From contig CAZLEO010000001.1 in assembly GCA_964558555.1 (NCBI GenBank), positions 16,186 to 80,185 of the forward strand: DNA of 64,000 bases, given 5' to 3'. Source of the DNA: an uncultured Rickettsiales bacterium (GTDB lineage Bacteria; Myxococcota_A; UBA796; UBA9615; CAYRNR01). The notes beneath the pieces were generated by a model, which was not told where the DNA came from, did no database searches, and saw only the letters and a program-made list of their open reading frames with translations. The position numbers and the translations under genes are program-made. Of this stretch, positions 28,920 through 37,894 are shown piece after piece; the first letter of the stretch is position 1; the number at the start of each line of letters is the position of its first letter.

Positions 28920-29690
28920 GTGGACTTCACCACCCTCGTAGGCATCATCGCGTGTTTCGCGCTGATCATCATCGCCATCACGACCAAGGAAGGGGCGGTG
29001 ACCTTCGTCAGCGTCCCGTCCCTGATGATCGTGCTCGGCGGGACGGTCGGCGCAGTGCTGGTCACCTACCCGGCCGGCGCGGTCTTCTCCATCTTCGGCG
29101 TGGTGCGCAAGGCCTTCCTGAGCAAGTCGCCGGACAACGCCCAGATCATCATGCTGTTCGAACAGCTGGCTCGGAAGGCTCGCCGGGAGGGCCTGCTGTC
29201 GCTGCAGTCGGCCGAGAACGACCTCGAGGACGAGTTCTTCCGCAAGGGCCTGGCCCTGGTGGTGGACGGTCGTGAGGCCGAGACGGTGGAGAACATCCTC
29301 GCCGCCGACCTGGGCGGGACCGTCGTACGTCACGCCCTCGGCGCGGAGATCTTCGAGAAGCTGGGGCTGTACGCTCCGGCCTTCGGCATGCTCGGGACCA
29401 TCATCGGCCTGATCCAGATGCTGCAGTCCATGGAGGACCCGGCCACCATCGGTCCGGCCATGGCCGTCGCCCTCGTGACCACCTTCTACGGCGCGCTGAT
29501 GGCCAACGTGTTGTTCATTCCGGTGGCGGGCAAGCTCAAGGTCCGCTCCAAGGAAGAGGTGTTCCGCAAGGAGATGCTCACCGAGGGCTTCCTCAGTCTG
29601 CTGGCCGGGGACGATCCCCACGTGATGGGCGAGAAGCTCCGCTCCATGGTGGCCCCCGCGACCCGTCGCGAGACGCAGAAGGAGGACTAG
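28920..29690 (+). CDS. motA: Flagellar stator protein MotA/PomA
   Basis: Motifs IVLGGT, ARREGLLSL, YAPAFGMLGTIIGLI, ALVTTFYG. Confidence 0.93.
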   Translation: MDFTTLVGIIACFALIIIAITTKEGAVTFVSVPSLMIVLGGTVGAVLVTYPAGAVFSIFGVVRKAFLSKSPDNAQIIMLFEQLARKARREGLLSLQSAENDLEDEFFRKGLALVVDGREAETVENILAADLGGTVVRHALGAEIFEKLGLYAPAFGMLGTIIGLIQMLQSMEDPATIGPAMAVALVTTFYGALMANVLFIPVAGKLKVRSKEEVFRKEMLTEGFLSLLAGDDPHVMGEKLRSMVAPATRRETQKED

Positions 29691-30440
29691 ATGGGGGTCC
29701 TCAAGCAGAAGTCCGAAGATGGGGGCGAACAGGGAGCGCCAGGGTGGATGGTCACCTTCGCGGACCTGATGACCCTGCTGCTGACCTTCTTCATCATGCT
29801 CGTGGCCATGTCCACCATGCAGGAGGAGAAGATCAAGGTGGCCCTGGGCAGCCTCAAGGGCGCCCTGGGCGTGCTCGAGGGCGGCGGCAAGTCGGTCAAG
29901 GGACGCCAGGAGCTGGTCGCCCTGCACGAGGTCCACTCGTCCATCAAGGCGATCCCCACGGATATCAACCGCGCGCGTGAGACCCTGGCCAAGTACCACA
30001 GCGACAAGCACATCCAGATCGGCCACGCCAAGGACTGCGTGACCATCGTGCTCGACGACGAGCTGCTGTTCGCCGAGGGTTCCGAGGAGATCCAGCCCGG
30101 CGCGTACCCGTTCCTCTCGGACCTGGCCACGGTGATCGGCGAGACCGAGAGCCTGGTGGAGTTCCGCGGCCACACCGACGACATCGGCAACGCGGACCGG
30201 CGGCTCAACTGGGAGGTGGGGGCGGGGCGAGCCACGTCGGTGCTGCTGTACATCCAGGGCAAGGCGGACATCGATCCCGAGCGCCTGCGCGTGGTCAGTT
30301 ACGGAGACACGGATCCGCTGGTGCCCAACAACACCGCGGCCAATCGGTCCAAGAACCGGCGCGTGGAGATCGTCATGGCGTCCTCCAGCCAGGCGATGAT
30401 CGACGCGGCCCAGACCAACCAGTGGGTGGAGGAGCGCTGA
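29691..30440 (+). CDS. motB: Flagellar stator protein MotB/PomB
   Basis: WMVTFADLMTLLLTFFIML and an OmpA-like domain (GHTDD, KNRRVEI). Confidence 0.93.
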   Translation: MGVLKQKSEDGGEQGAPGWMVTFADLMTLLLTFFIMLVAMSTMQEEKIKVALGSLKGALGVLEGGGKSVKGRQELVALHEVHSSIKAIPTDINRARETLAKYHSDKHIQIGHAKDCVTIVLDDELLFAEGSEEIQPGAYPFLSDLATVIGETESLVEFRGHTDDIGNADRRLNWEVGAGRATSVLLYIQGKADIDPERLRVVSYGDTDPLVPNNTAANRSKNRRVEIVMASSSQAMIDAAQTNQWVEER

Positions 30441-30441
30441 C

Positions 30442-30951
30442 ATGGCGAACGAGGAAGAATTCGACGAGATGCCCGAGGAGAGCGGGCCTCCCAAGCTGCT
30501 GTTGATCCTGATCTTCGGCAACCTGGTCCTGACCCTCGCCGTGGGCGGCTTCGTGGGCTTCGACTACTTCACCCGCCCCGATCCTGCGGAGTTCGCCGCT
30601 GCCGGGGGTACGACCGGGACCGGCGCGGACGCCAACCTGCCCCCGGAGCCGGCGGCCGTGTACGAGTTCGAGCCGTTCATCGTCAACCTCATGGACAGCG
30701 CCAACATCCGCTACGTCAAGGTGATGATGGAGGTGGAGCTGAGCTCGGGTGACGTGGCCGCGGAGATCGAGGAGAAGAAGCCCGCCCTGCGCGACATGGT
30801 CATCTCGCTGTTGTCCAACCGCACGTACAGCGAGCTGCTGGGGGTGCGGGGCAAGACGCAGCTGCGCGAGGAGCTGCTGCGCCGCATGAATCAGATCCTC
30901 ACGTCCGGCACGGTGACGCGGATCTACTTCACCGAGTTCGTGGTGCAGTAG
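30442..30951 (+). CDS. fliL: Basal-body associated protein FliL
   Basis: N-terminal TM, FIVNL, GKTQLREE, IYFTEFVVQ. Confidence 0.92.
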   Translation: MANEEEFDEMPEESGPPKLLLILIFGNLVLTLAVGGFVGFDYFTRPDPAEFAAAGGTTGTGADANLPPEPAAVYEFEPFIVNLMDSANIRYVKVMMEVELSSGDVAAEIEEKKPALRDMVISLLSNRTYSELLGVRGKTQLREELLRRMNQILTSGTVTRIYFTEFVVQ

Positions 30952-30953
30952 CC

Positions 30954-31901
30954 ATGACCGAGCGTTCCCTCAGCCGCGAGCAGGTCGACCGCCTGCTGGA
31001 GCTCATCGACAAGGGCGAGATCAGCCTGGACGAGGGGCCCGCGCGACCCTACCCCCTGCGCCAGGTGGACCTGGGGCCGGTGCGCGGCGCGGTGGAGCGC
31101 TGGCTGGAGGAGACCGCCCGCAGCCTGGAGAACTGGCTGATCGTCAACGTCAGCAACAAGATGAACTGCTCGTCGGGGGGATTCGTGCCCCGCGCCGGAC
31201 CCATCCAGGCGCCGCCGGCGGCCCTGGTCTTGATCCGCGCCGGCGACCAGGACGCCATGCTCTCGGTGTGGGACCGGGAGATCGTGGAGGCGCTGATCGG
31301 CGGCCTGCTCGGGTACAAGTTCTCGGGTGGGCTGCCCAAGGCCAACACCAGCCGGCAGCTGTCGGAGATCGACCTGCGGATGCTCAAGCGCGGGGCCCAG
31401 GGGCTCGCCGAGGGGCTGACCCTGGCGTGGCCGCGCGCGGGCGGTACGAAGTTCGAGGTACAGGCGGTCTCCAGCGACCTGGGCTCCCTGGATCGCAGCT
31501 CGGGCGCGGCCCCGGCCATGGCCGCCAACATCATCGTGAGGTTGGGTGAGACCATCCTGGGCCGGGTCGAGTTCTCGCTGCCCGGCTGGATCGGGCGCGA
31601 GCTGCGCTCGGCGGCCGAGGGCTCCCCCCTGCCCACGGACGGCGCGCCGGAGATGCGTGAAGTGGTATCCAGCCTGGAGGTGGACGTGGAGATCCGCGTG
31701 CCGATGGGCGAGTTCACCCTCAAGCAGATCCTGGCCCTGGAGCAGGGGGAGGAGCTGACACTGCCGTCCCCCACGCGGGCCCTGGTGCAGACCGAAGGGG
31801 TGACCGTGGTGGAGGGTGTCCCCGGTATCGTGGACGGCCAGTGGGCCGTGGCCGTGGGGCCGCCCGCGGAAGGAGAGGATCATGGCGACGAACGAGGCTG
31901 A
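30954..31901 (+). CDS. fliM: Divergent motor switch protein FliM
   Basis: LSREQVDRLL (CheY-binding-like), LSEID, C-terminal SpoA-like region; lies between fliL and fliN. Confidence 0.7.
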   Translation: MTERSLSREQVDRLLELIDKGEISLDEGPARPYPLRQVDLGPVRGAVERWLEETARSLENWLIVNVSNKMNCSSGGFVPRAGPIQAPPAALVLIRAGDQDAMLSVWDREIVEALIGGLLGYKFSGGLPKANTSRQLSEIDLRMLKRGAQGLAEGLTLAWPRAGGTKFEVQAVSSDLGSLDRSSGAAPAMAANIIVRLGETILGRVEFSLPGWIGRELRSAAEGSPLPTDGAPEMREVVSSLEVDVEIRVPMGEFTLKQILALEQGEELTLPSPTRALVQTEGVTVVEGVPGIVDGQWAVAVGPPAEGEDHGDERG

Positions 31902-32178
31902 GGGTGCCCAGGCCGGAACGGCGAGCTGGGATCGCATCCTCGACATCCCCCTCGAGATGACCGTGCGGCTGGGCGAGCGGCGGATGCGCATCCGCGATCT
32001 GCTGCGGCTCGAGCCCAACGCGATTCTCGAGCTGAACCGATCGGTAGACGATCCGGTGGAGCTGGTGGTCAGCGGCCAGGTGGTGGCCCGCGGCGAGGTC
32101 CTGGTGGAGCAGGATCGCCTGGCCATCCGCATCCTGGACGTGGTGGCCACCGCGGAGCGCTTGCGCTCGCTGGCCTGA
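31882..32178 (+). CDS. fliN: Motor switch protein FliN
   Basis: ILDIPLEMTVRLG...VARGEVLV. ATG 31882 follows GGAGAGG. Confidence 0.9.
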   Translation: MATNEAEGAQAGTASWDRILDIPLEMTVRLGERRMRIRDLLRLEPNAILELNRSVDDPVELVVSGQVVARGEVLVEQDRLAIRILDVVATAERLRSLA

Positions 32179-32185
32179 GGAATTC

Positions 32186-33547
32186 ATGAGACGCGCAGTC
32201 CAAGGATGGATGCTGCTGGCGCTGATGATGGCGGCGCTGCCCGCGTGGTGTGAGACCGAAGACACGTGGGAGCGCTACTTCACCGGCGAACAGGCGCAGA
32301 CCGCGGCCCATGAAGAGGTCGTGGCTGCCGAGGAGACCACCATCTCGTGGGGTCGGTGGGCGGTGGTGAACCTCACCCTGCTGGCCCTGCTCGGCGGTGT
32401 GGTGGCCTACGTGAAGCGGAAGAAGGGCGCCCTGCCGAAGTGGTGGCGGCGCGCCCGCCCCGCCGAGGCCGAGGCCCCGGCGCTGACGCTGTCGTCGTCC
32501 CTGCCCCTGGGGAACGGACAGACGGTCCACCTGGTGCAGGGGGACGGCTTCCGCGTGCTGGTGGGGAGCTGGACCGGCGGCATGGCGTCGCTGGGCACCG
32601 TGTCCCAGCCGGCCCCGGACGCCGAGGCGTCGGACCCTCCGCCGGCCGAAGCCCCGGTCGAGCACGTCGTGGAACACGTCGTGGAGCACGTTGTGGAAGC
32701 CATCCCCTTCCCCGCGCTGGTGGAAGGCGAGATCGAGCGCGACGCGAGCCACGAGGAGCTCACCGAGCAGGTGCTGTCCCGGGTGCGCAAGCTGCGCGCC
32801 GGCGCGGGCGTGGTCCTCATCGCCCTGGCCGCCGTGTGGGCCCTGCCCGGGATCGCCGCGGCCGCACCCACGCCCATGGCCGAGCTCATGGGCGGCTTCG
32901 GCAACGCCGAGGGGTCCGAGTGGATCGAGTCGGCCCTGTTCGCCCTGGGCATCCTCACGGTGCTGGCCCTGGCGCCGGCGCTGTTGATCACCCTGACGAG
33001 CTTCACGCGGCTGATCATCGTGTTCGCGTTCCTGCGCCAGGCGCTGGGGACGCAGAACACCCCGCCCAACCAGGTGCTGATCGGCCTGTCACTGTTCCTG
33101 ACCTTCTTCATCATGGCGCCCACCTTCGACCAGATGAAGCGTGAGGCCCTCGACCCCTACATGGCCGAGGAGATCTCCTTCGAGGAGGCGCTGGACCGCG
33201 GCGTGGTGCCCCTGCGGGACTTCATGTTCCGCCAGACGCGCATCAACGATCTGGAGCTGATGGTGGAGTACCACGCGGGCCCGCGACCGGCGTCGCGCGC
33301 GGAGGTGCCCTTCACCGCTCTGGTGCCGGCGTTCATGATCAGCGAACTCAAGACGGCGTTCGAGATCGGCTTTCTGCTCTATGTGCCCTTCTTGATCGTG
33401 GACCTGATCGTCAGCACCGTGCTGCTGGCCATGGGTATGATGGTGCTCCCCCCGATCATCATCTCCCTGCCGTTCAAGATCTTGCTGTTCCTGCTGGTGG
33501 ACGGCTGGAACGTGCTGGTGAAGTCCCTGCTGATGGGCTTCAGTTAG
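32186..33547 (+). CDS. fliP: FliO-FliP fusion (export gate)
   Basis: N-terminal FliO-like region (TM, LSSSLPLGNGQTVHLVQ...VLVG) in frame with FliP (TSFTRLIIV, PPNQVL, PAFMISELKTAF, LPFKILLF); no stop between them. Confidence 0.85.
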   Translation: MRRAVQGWMLLALMMAALPAWCETEDTWERYFTGEQAQTAAHEEVVAAEETTISWGRWAVVNLTLLALLGGVVAYVKRKKGALPKWWRRARPAEAEAPALTLSSSLPLGNGQTVHLVQGDGFRVLVGSWTGGMASLGTVSQPAPDAEASDPPPAEAPVEHVVEHVVEHVVEAIPFPALVEGEIERDASHEELTEQVLSRVRKLRAGAGVVLIALAAVWALPGIAAAAPTPMAELMGGFGNAEGSEWIESALFALGILTVLALAPALLITLTSFTRLIIVFAFLRQALGTQNTPPNQVLIGLSLFLTFFIMAPTFDQMKREALDPYMAEEISFEEALDRGVVPLRDFMFRQTRINDLELMVEYHAGPRPASRAEVPFTALVPAFMISELKTAFEIGFLLYVPFLIVDLIVSTVLLAMGMMVLPPIIISLPFKILLFLLVDGWNVLVKSLLMGFS

Positions 33548-33573
33548 CTACCCTCGCGTGAACGAGGGATTGC

Positions 33574-33612
33574 GGCTCCAGGAAGGAGCCGGGAGGCGGA
33601 CAGGATGTTCGC
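33574..33612 (+). promoter_or_regulatory. CsrA-type hairpins in the fliP-fliQ spacer
   Basis: GGCTCC-AGGAA-GGAGCC and GCGGAC-AGGAT-GTTCGC (contains ACAGGATGT). Confidence 0.55.
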
Positions 33613-33639
33613 GAAGACCCCAAGAAGCGGGGTCCGCTG

Positions 33640-33912
33640 ATGGACCCGGCATTCGCCCTCGAGATCGGTCGCCTGGCCATCTTCACGGTGCTGATGGCCG
33701 CCGCGCCGCTGCTCATGTGCTCGCTGGCCGTGGGCCTGGTGATCGCCGTGTTCCAGGCGGCCACCCAGGTCCACGAGATGACGCTGGTGTTCGTCCCCAA
33801 GATCGCCGCGGTGCTGCTGGGCATCCTGGTCTTCGGGTCCTTCATGATGCAGCAGGTGCTGCAGTTCACCGAGCAGATCTTCTACCTGATCGCGTCCGGC
33901 CCCATGCCATGA
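33640..33912 (+). CDS. fliQ: Flagellar biosynthesis protein FliQ
   Basis: FQAATQVHEMTLVFVPK. Confidence 0.93.
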   Translation: MDPAFALEIGRLAIFTVLMAAAPLLMCSLAVGLVIAVFQAATQVHEMTLVFVPKIAAVLLGILVFGSFMMQQVLQFTEQIFYLIASGPMP

Positions 33913-34673
33913 TCCACTGGCTGGAACCCGAGATGGTCACCGCATGGATCGCAGCCATGCTGCGCTGCTTCGGGTTCTTCACCTCCGCGCCGGTGTTGGC
34001 GCGCCAGATCCCCACCCGTATTCGCCTGGCCCTGTGCTCGGTGCTCGCGTTCGTGGTCACGCCGGCGGCGGCGGCCACGGCCGACGTACCCCCCACCTGG
34101 CTCGGCCTGGCCGGCCTGGGCGCGGGGGAGTTCATGCTGGGCGTGGCCATGGGCTGGATGGCGCTGCTGATGTTCAGCGCCGTGCACATCGCCGGGACCG
34201 TGATGGGCTTCCAGATCGGTACGGGCGTGTCCCAGCTCTTCGATCCCCAGCTCGGGGCGCAGAGCAGCGAGCTGGGCCGCCTGATGACGTCGCTGATCGG
34301 CCTCGGCGTGGTGGTGGCGGGGGGTCACCACATCTTCGTGCGAGGGCTGTTCGACTCCTTCGCCCACATCCCGGCCGGCGGCCACTGGTTCGACCCGGAC
34401 CTGTCCCTGACCGCGGCGCGCCTCATGGGCGGCGTGCTGCTCGCGGGCTGCGAGATGGCCCTGCCCGTCGTCGCCGTGACCATGCTCAACACCCTGGCCA
34501 TCGCCCTGTCCGTGCGGGCCACCCCGCAGCTGAACATCTACTTCGCGTTCGGAATCCTGCTCAACCTCCTCCTGGGGCTGCTGGTCACGGCCTACGTCCT
34601 CAAGGCCCCCATGGGCGGCATCCCCGAGGTGCTCTCGAACATGGTGCGGGCCAGTCAGTTGCCGTGGAGGTGA
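33909..34673 (+). CDS. fliR: Flagellar biosynthesis protein FliR
   Basis: Multi-TM; AGTVMGFQIG, FDP, GGHH, RATPQLNI; lies between fliQ and flhB. Confidence 0.88.
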   Translation: MIHWLEPEMVTAWIAAMLRCFGFFTSAPVLARQIPTRIRLALCSVLAFVVTPAAAATADVPPTWLGLAGLGAGEFMLGVAMGWMALLMFSAVHIAGTVMGFQIGTGVSQLFDPQLGAQSSELGRLMTSLIGLGVVVAGGHHIFVRGLFDSFAHIPAGGHWFDPDLSLTAARLMGGVLLAGCEMALPVVAVTMLNTLAIALSVRATPQLNIYFAFGILLNLLLGLLVTAYVLKAPMGGIPEVLSNMVRASQLPWR

Positions 34674-34679
34674 TGAACC

Positions 34680-35786
34680 ATGGCGGAAGAGCAGGCTGAT
34701 TCACAAGAGAGAACAGAGGAACCTACCGAACAAAGACGCAAGGAGTTCCGGGAGAAAGGCAAGATCCCGGTCTCCAAGGACGTCAACTCCGTCATCTCCA
34801 TGCTCGTGATGCTGCCCATCGTGGCCGTGGGCATGCGCGAGGCCATGATGTCCATCGGCGACATCCTGCGCACCCCCCTGCAGCTCATCGCCACTCCGGA
34901 CGCCGCGCTGGATACGTGGCAGAGCTGGGCGCTGGACCTGATCGTGCGCACCGGCTGGGTGCTGGCGCCGTTGCTCATCGTGCTGGCGGTGACCGCGTTG
35001 CTGGTGGGCGTGCTGCAGACCCAGGCCAACCTGACGTTCAAGCCCATGGCCCCGGACTTCGCCAAGCTCAACCCCTTCGAGGGCATCAAGCGGCTGGTCA
35101 GCTGGCAGGCGGTGACCGAGCTGCTCAAGTCGATGCTGAAGCTGACCGCGGTGCTCGTGGGAGCCTACCTGGTGTTCCGCATGGACATCGGGCGGCTGCT
35201 GGCCCTGGACCGGGCGGACCTGCACATGGGGGTGACCGTGCTGGGCCAGACCGCACTGAAGCTCTGCGCGGCCACGGCCGTCGCCCTGCTCGCCCCGGCG
35301 GCCCTGGACTACGGGATCCAGATCTACCAGACGAACAAGCGCATGCGCATGACGCGCGAGGAGTTCAAGCGGGACATCAAGGACCAGGAGGGCGATCCGA
35401 CCCTCAAGGCGCGCCGCCGGCGCATGGCCCACGAGATGTCGGCCAACCGCATGATCGGATCGGTGGCCGAGGCGGACGTGGTCATCAACAACCCGGACCA
35501 CCTCTCCGTGGCCCTGCGCTACGTCCACGGGGTCACCGAGGTGCCCGAGGTGGTGGCCAAGGGGGCCGACCAGATGGCCATCCGCATCCGGGCCGAGGCG
35601 CGCAAGTACACGATTCCTCAGATCCAGAATCGACCTCTGGCACGAAGCTTGTATCAGCAGTGTGACGTGGGCGATCCGGTACCCCCCGAGCTGTTCGGAC
35701 CGGTCGCCGAGATCCTCAGCTTCGTACATCGAGTACGGGGGCTGAGGGGGATGGATGAGACGGAGGCGGCAGCGTCAAGCAGCTGA
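34680..35786 (+). CDS. flhB: Export substrate-specificity switch FlhB
   Basis: Motifs ERTEEPT, EGDP, ADVVINNPDH (NPTH variant), VVAKG, LARSLY. Confidence 0.93.
   Translation: MAEEQADSQERTEEPTEQRRKEFREKGKIPVSKDVNSVISMLVMLPIVAVGMREAMMSIGDILRTPLQLIATPDAALDTWQSWALDLIVRTGWVLAPLLIVLAVTALLVGVLQTQANLTFKPMAPDFAKLNPFEGIKRLVSWQAVTELLKSMLKLTAVLVGAYLVFRMDIGRLLALDRADLHMGVTVLGQTALKLCAATAVALLAPAALDYGIQIYQTNKRMRMTREEFKRDIKDQEGDPTLKARRRRMAHEMSANRMIGSVAEADVVINNPDHLSVALRYVHGVTEVPEVVAKGADQMAIRIRAEARKYTIPQIQNRPLARSLYQQCDVGDPVPPELFGPVAEILSFVHRVRGLRGMDETEAAASSS
35637..35653 (+). promoter_or_regulatory. Putative internal sigma54 promoter (inside flhB) for flhA
   Basis: CTGGCACGAAGCTTGTA (GG-N10-GT) in a patch of unusually AT-ending codons. 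Confidence 0.55.
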
Positions 35787-35807
35787 CGCACCGTCAGAGA
35801 ACAGGAC
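35774..35807. promoter_or_regulatory. GTCA-N6-TGAC box downstream of the internal promoter, before flhA
   Basis: GTCAAGCAGCTGAC at 35774-35787, then degenerate GTCAGAGAACAGGAC. Confidence 0.55.
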
Positions 35808-35815
35808 GCAAGAAG

Positions 35816-37894
35816 ATGGCCGGTAACGCAGGCAAGAAGCCAGACAGCGGCATTGGGGCGACCCTCAATGCGTTGTGGCCGGCCGCCTTCGTCTTCATCC
35901 TCTTCCCCATCATCGTCCCGGTCCGCCCCTGGACCATGGACCTCCTGCTGGCTCTCTCCGTGGGCATCGGGTTGCTCGTCTTCCTGATGACGTTCTACGT
36001 CAACAAGCCCATCGAGTTCAGCGTCTTCCCCACGGTGCTGCTGTTCACCACCTTGTACCGCCTGTCGCTGAACGTGGGATCCACGCGGCTGATCCTGTTG
36101 CACGGCCACGAGGGCAGCGACGCCGCGGGTCACCTCATCGAGACGTTCGGGCACCTCATGGTGTCGGGGGACTTCGTCGTCGGGCTCGTGATCTTCATCT
36201 TGCTGGTGATCATCAACTTCTTCGTGATCACCAAGGGCGCCACGCGCATCGCCGAGGTGGCGGCGCGCTTCACCCTCGACGCCCTGCCCGGCAAGCAGAT
36301 GGCCATCGACGCGGACCTTTCGTCGGGGTTGTTGACCGAGGAGCAGGCGCGCGAGCGGCGCAAGGAGATCGCCCAGGAGAGCGACTTCTACGGCGCCATG
36401 GACGGCGCGTCCAAGTTCATCCGCGGCGACGCCATCGCCGGAATGTTGATCACCGGCATCAACATCATCGGCGGGCTCATCGTCGGCGTGGCGCGGCACG
36501 GCATCTCGCTGGGCGAGGCCACCAGCGTCTACACCATCCTGACGGTGGGTGACGGCCTCGTCAGCCAGATCCCCGCCCTGATCATCTCCGTGTCCGCCGG
36601 CGTCATCGTCACCCGCGTGGGTGACGAGCAGCGCCTCGACAGCCAGATCGGCAAGCAGTTCCTGTCCAATCCCAAGGTCCTGATCGCGCTGACCGCGTTG
36701 ATGGGCCTGTTGCTGCTCATCCCCGGCTTCCGCATGCCCTTCCTGGGGCTGGGTATCGGGGTGGCGATCCTGGCCTGGCGCGCCACCCGCGCGGCCAGGA
36801 AGCAGGCGGTGGCGGCGGCCAAGACGGGCAAGCCCAAGGGCCGGACCCGAGACGCCGAGCCCGTCGAGGAGCTGCTGACCCTGGACACCCTGTCCATGGA
36901 GGTGGGCTACGACCTGGTGCCCCTGGCGGATCCCCGCCGCGGTGGCGAGCTCAACGAGCGGGTCCAGCGCCTGCGCCGGCAGCTGGCCAAGGACATGGGC
37001 ATCCTCGTGCCCCCCATCCACATCCGCGACAACGTGCAGCTCAAGCCCGGCGAGTACAAGGTGATGCTGCGCGGCACCGAGGTGGCGCGGGGCGAGATCC
37101 TGCCAAGGCACATGATGGCCATCGATCCGGGCAACGCCCGCCGCAAGATCCGCGGCACGCCGGGCAAGGAGCCCGCCTTCGGCCTCGACGCCCTGTGGAT
37201 CAAGCCCGAGCAGGTCCAGGAGGCGCGGGCTTCGGGCTACACGGTGGTGGACCCGGCCAACATCATCACCACGCACATCAGCGAGGTGATCAAGGGCTAC
37301 GCGCCCGAGCTCATCGACCGCCAGGCCCTGCACCGCATCCTCGACGCGGTGGCCAAGACCCACCCCAAGGTGGTGGACGATCTGGTGCCCAACACCCTGT
37401 CGCTGGGGATCGTGCTCAAGGTGGTGCGCAACCTGCTGACCGAGAACGTGTCCGTGCGCGACATGCTGACCATCCTCGAGACGCTGGCCGACGAGGGGGA
37501 GCGCACCAAGGACGTGTCCGAGCTCACCGAGGCCGTGCGCCGCCGCCTGGCCCGCCAGTTGACGCGACAGTACGAGGACGACCGTGGCAAGCTGCGGTGT
37601 CTGGTGCTGCACCCGAGCCTCGAGGAGCGGCTCCGCGAGGGGTTGCGAGCGGACGACCTGGGGAGCCAGATCGCAGTGGAGCCCGTGCTCTTGCGGGAGC
37701 TGGTGCAGAACCTGGGCAAGGCGGTGGAGCGGCACGCCCGCGGCGACCGCTTCCCCGTGGTGTTGACGTCGCCGGTGCTGCGGCGGCCGCTGCGGCGCCT
37801 GATCGAGCGGGTGCTCCCGACGGTGGGCGTGCTCAGCAGCGGCGAGATCGCACACACGGCACAGGTGGAGAACCTGGGAATGGTGGGAGCCTAG
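35816..37894 (+). CDS. flhA: Flagellar export protein FlhA
   Basis: Motifs FPTVLL, ITKGATRIAEVAARFTLDALPGKQMAIDADL, FYGAMDGASKFIRGDA, GDGLVSQIP. Confidence 0.96.
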   Translation: MAGNAGKKPDSGIGATLNALWPAAFVFILFPIIVPVRPWTMDLLLALSVGIGLLVFLMTFYVNKPIEFSVFPTVLLFTTLYRLSLNVGSTRLILLHGHEGSDAAGHLIETFGHLMVSGDFVVGLVIFILLVIINFFVITKGATRIAEVAARFTLDALPGKQMAIDADLSSGLLTEEQARERRKEIAQESDFYGAMDGASKFIRGDAIAGMLITGINIIGGLIVGVARHGISLGEATSVYTILTVGDGLVSQIPALIISVSAGVIVTRVGDEQRLDSQIGKQFLSNPKVLIALTALMGLLLLIPGFRMPFLGLGIGVAILAWRATRAARKQAVAAAKTGKPKGRTRDAEPVEELLTLDTLSMEVGYDLVPLADPRRGGELNERVQRLRRQLAKDMGILVPPIHIRDNVQLKPGEYKVMLRGTEVARGEILPRHMMAIDPGNARRKIRGTPGKEPAFGLDALWIKPEQVQEARASGYTVVDPANIITTHISEVIKGYAPELIDRQALHRILDAVAKTHPKVVDDLVPNTLSLGIVLKVVRNLLTENVSVRDMLTILETLADEGERTKDVSELTEAVRRRLARQLTRQYEDDRGKLRCLVLHPSLEERLREGLRADDLGSQIAVEPVLLRELVQNLGKAVERHARGDRFPVVLTSPVLRRPLRRLIERVLPTVGVLSSGEIAHTAQVENLGMVGA

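Noticed and set aside
28640-29275. 211-aa ORF upstream of and overlapping motA
   Set aside because: It spans the enhancer and sigma54 promoter, overlaps motA out of frame and has no recognisable motifs.
16520-37894. Non-flagellar type III secretion system (injectisome)
   Set aside because: Rod, hook, P/L rings, stator, flagellin and FliA/FlgM are present and no secretin or needle genes were seen.
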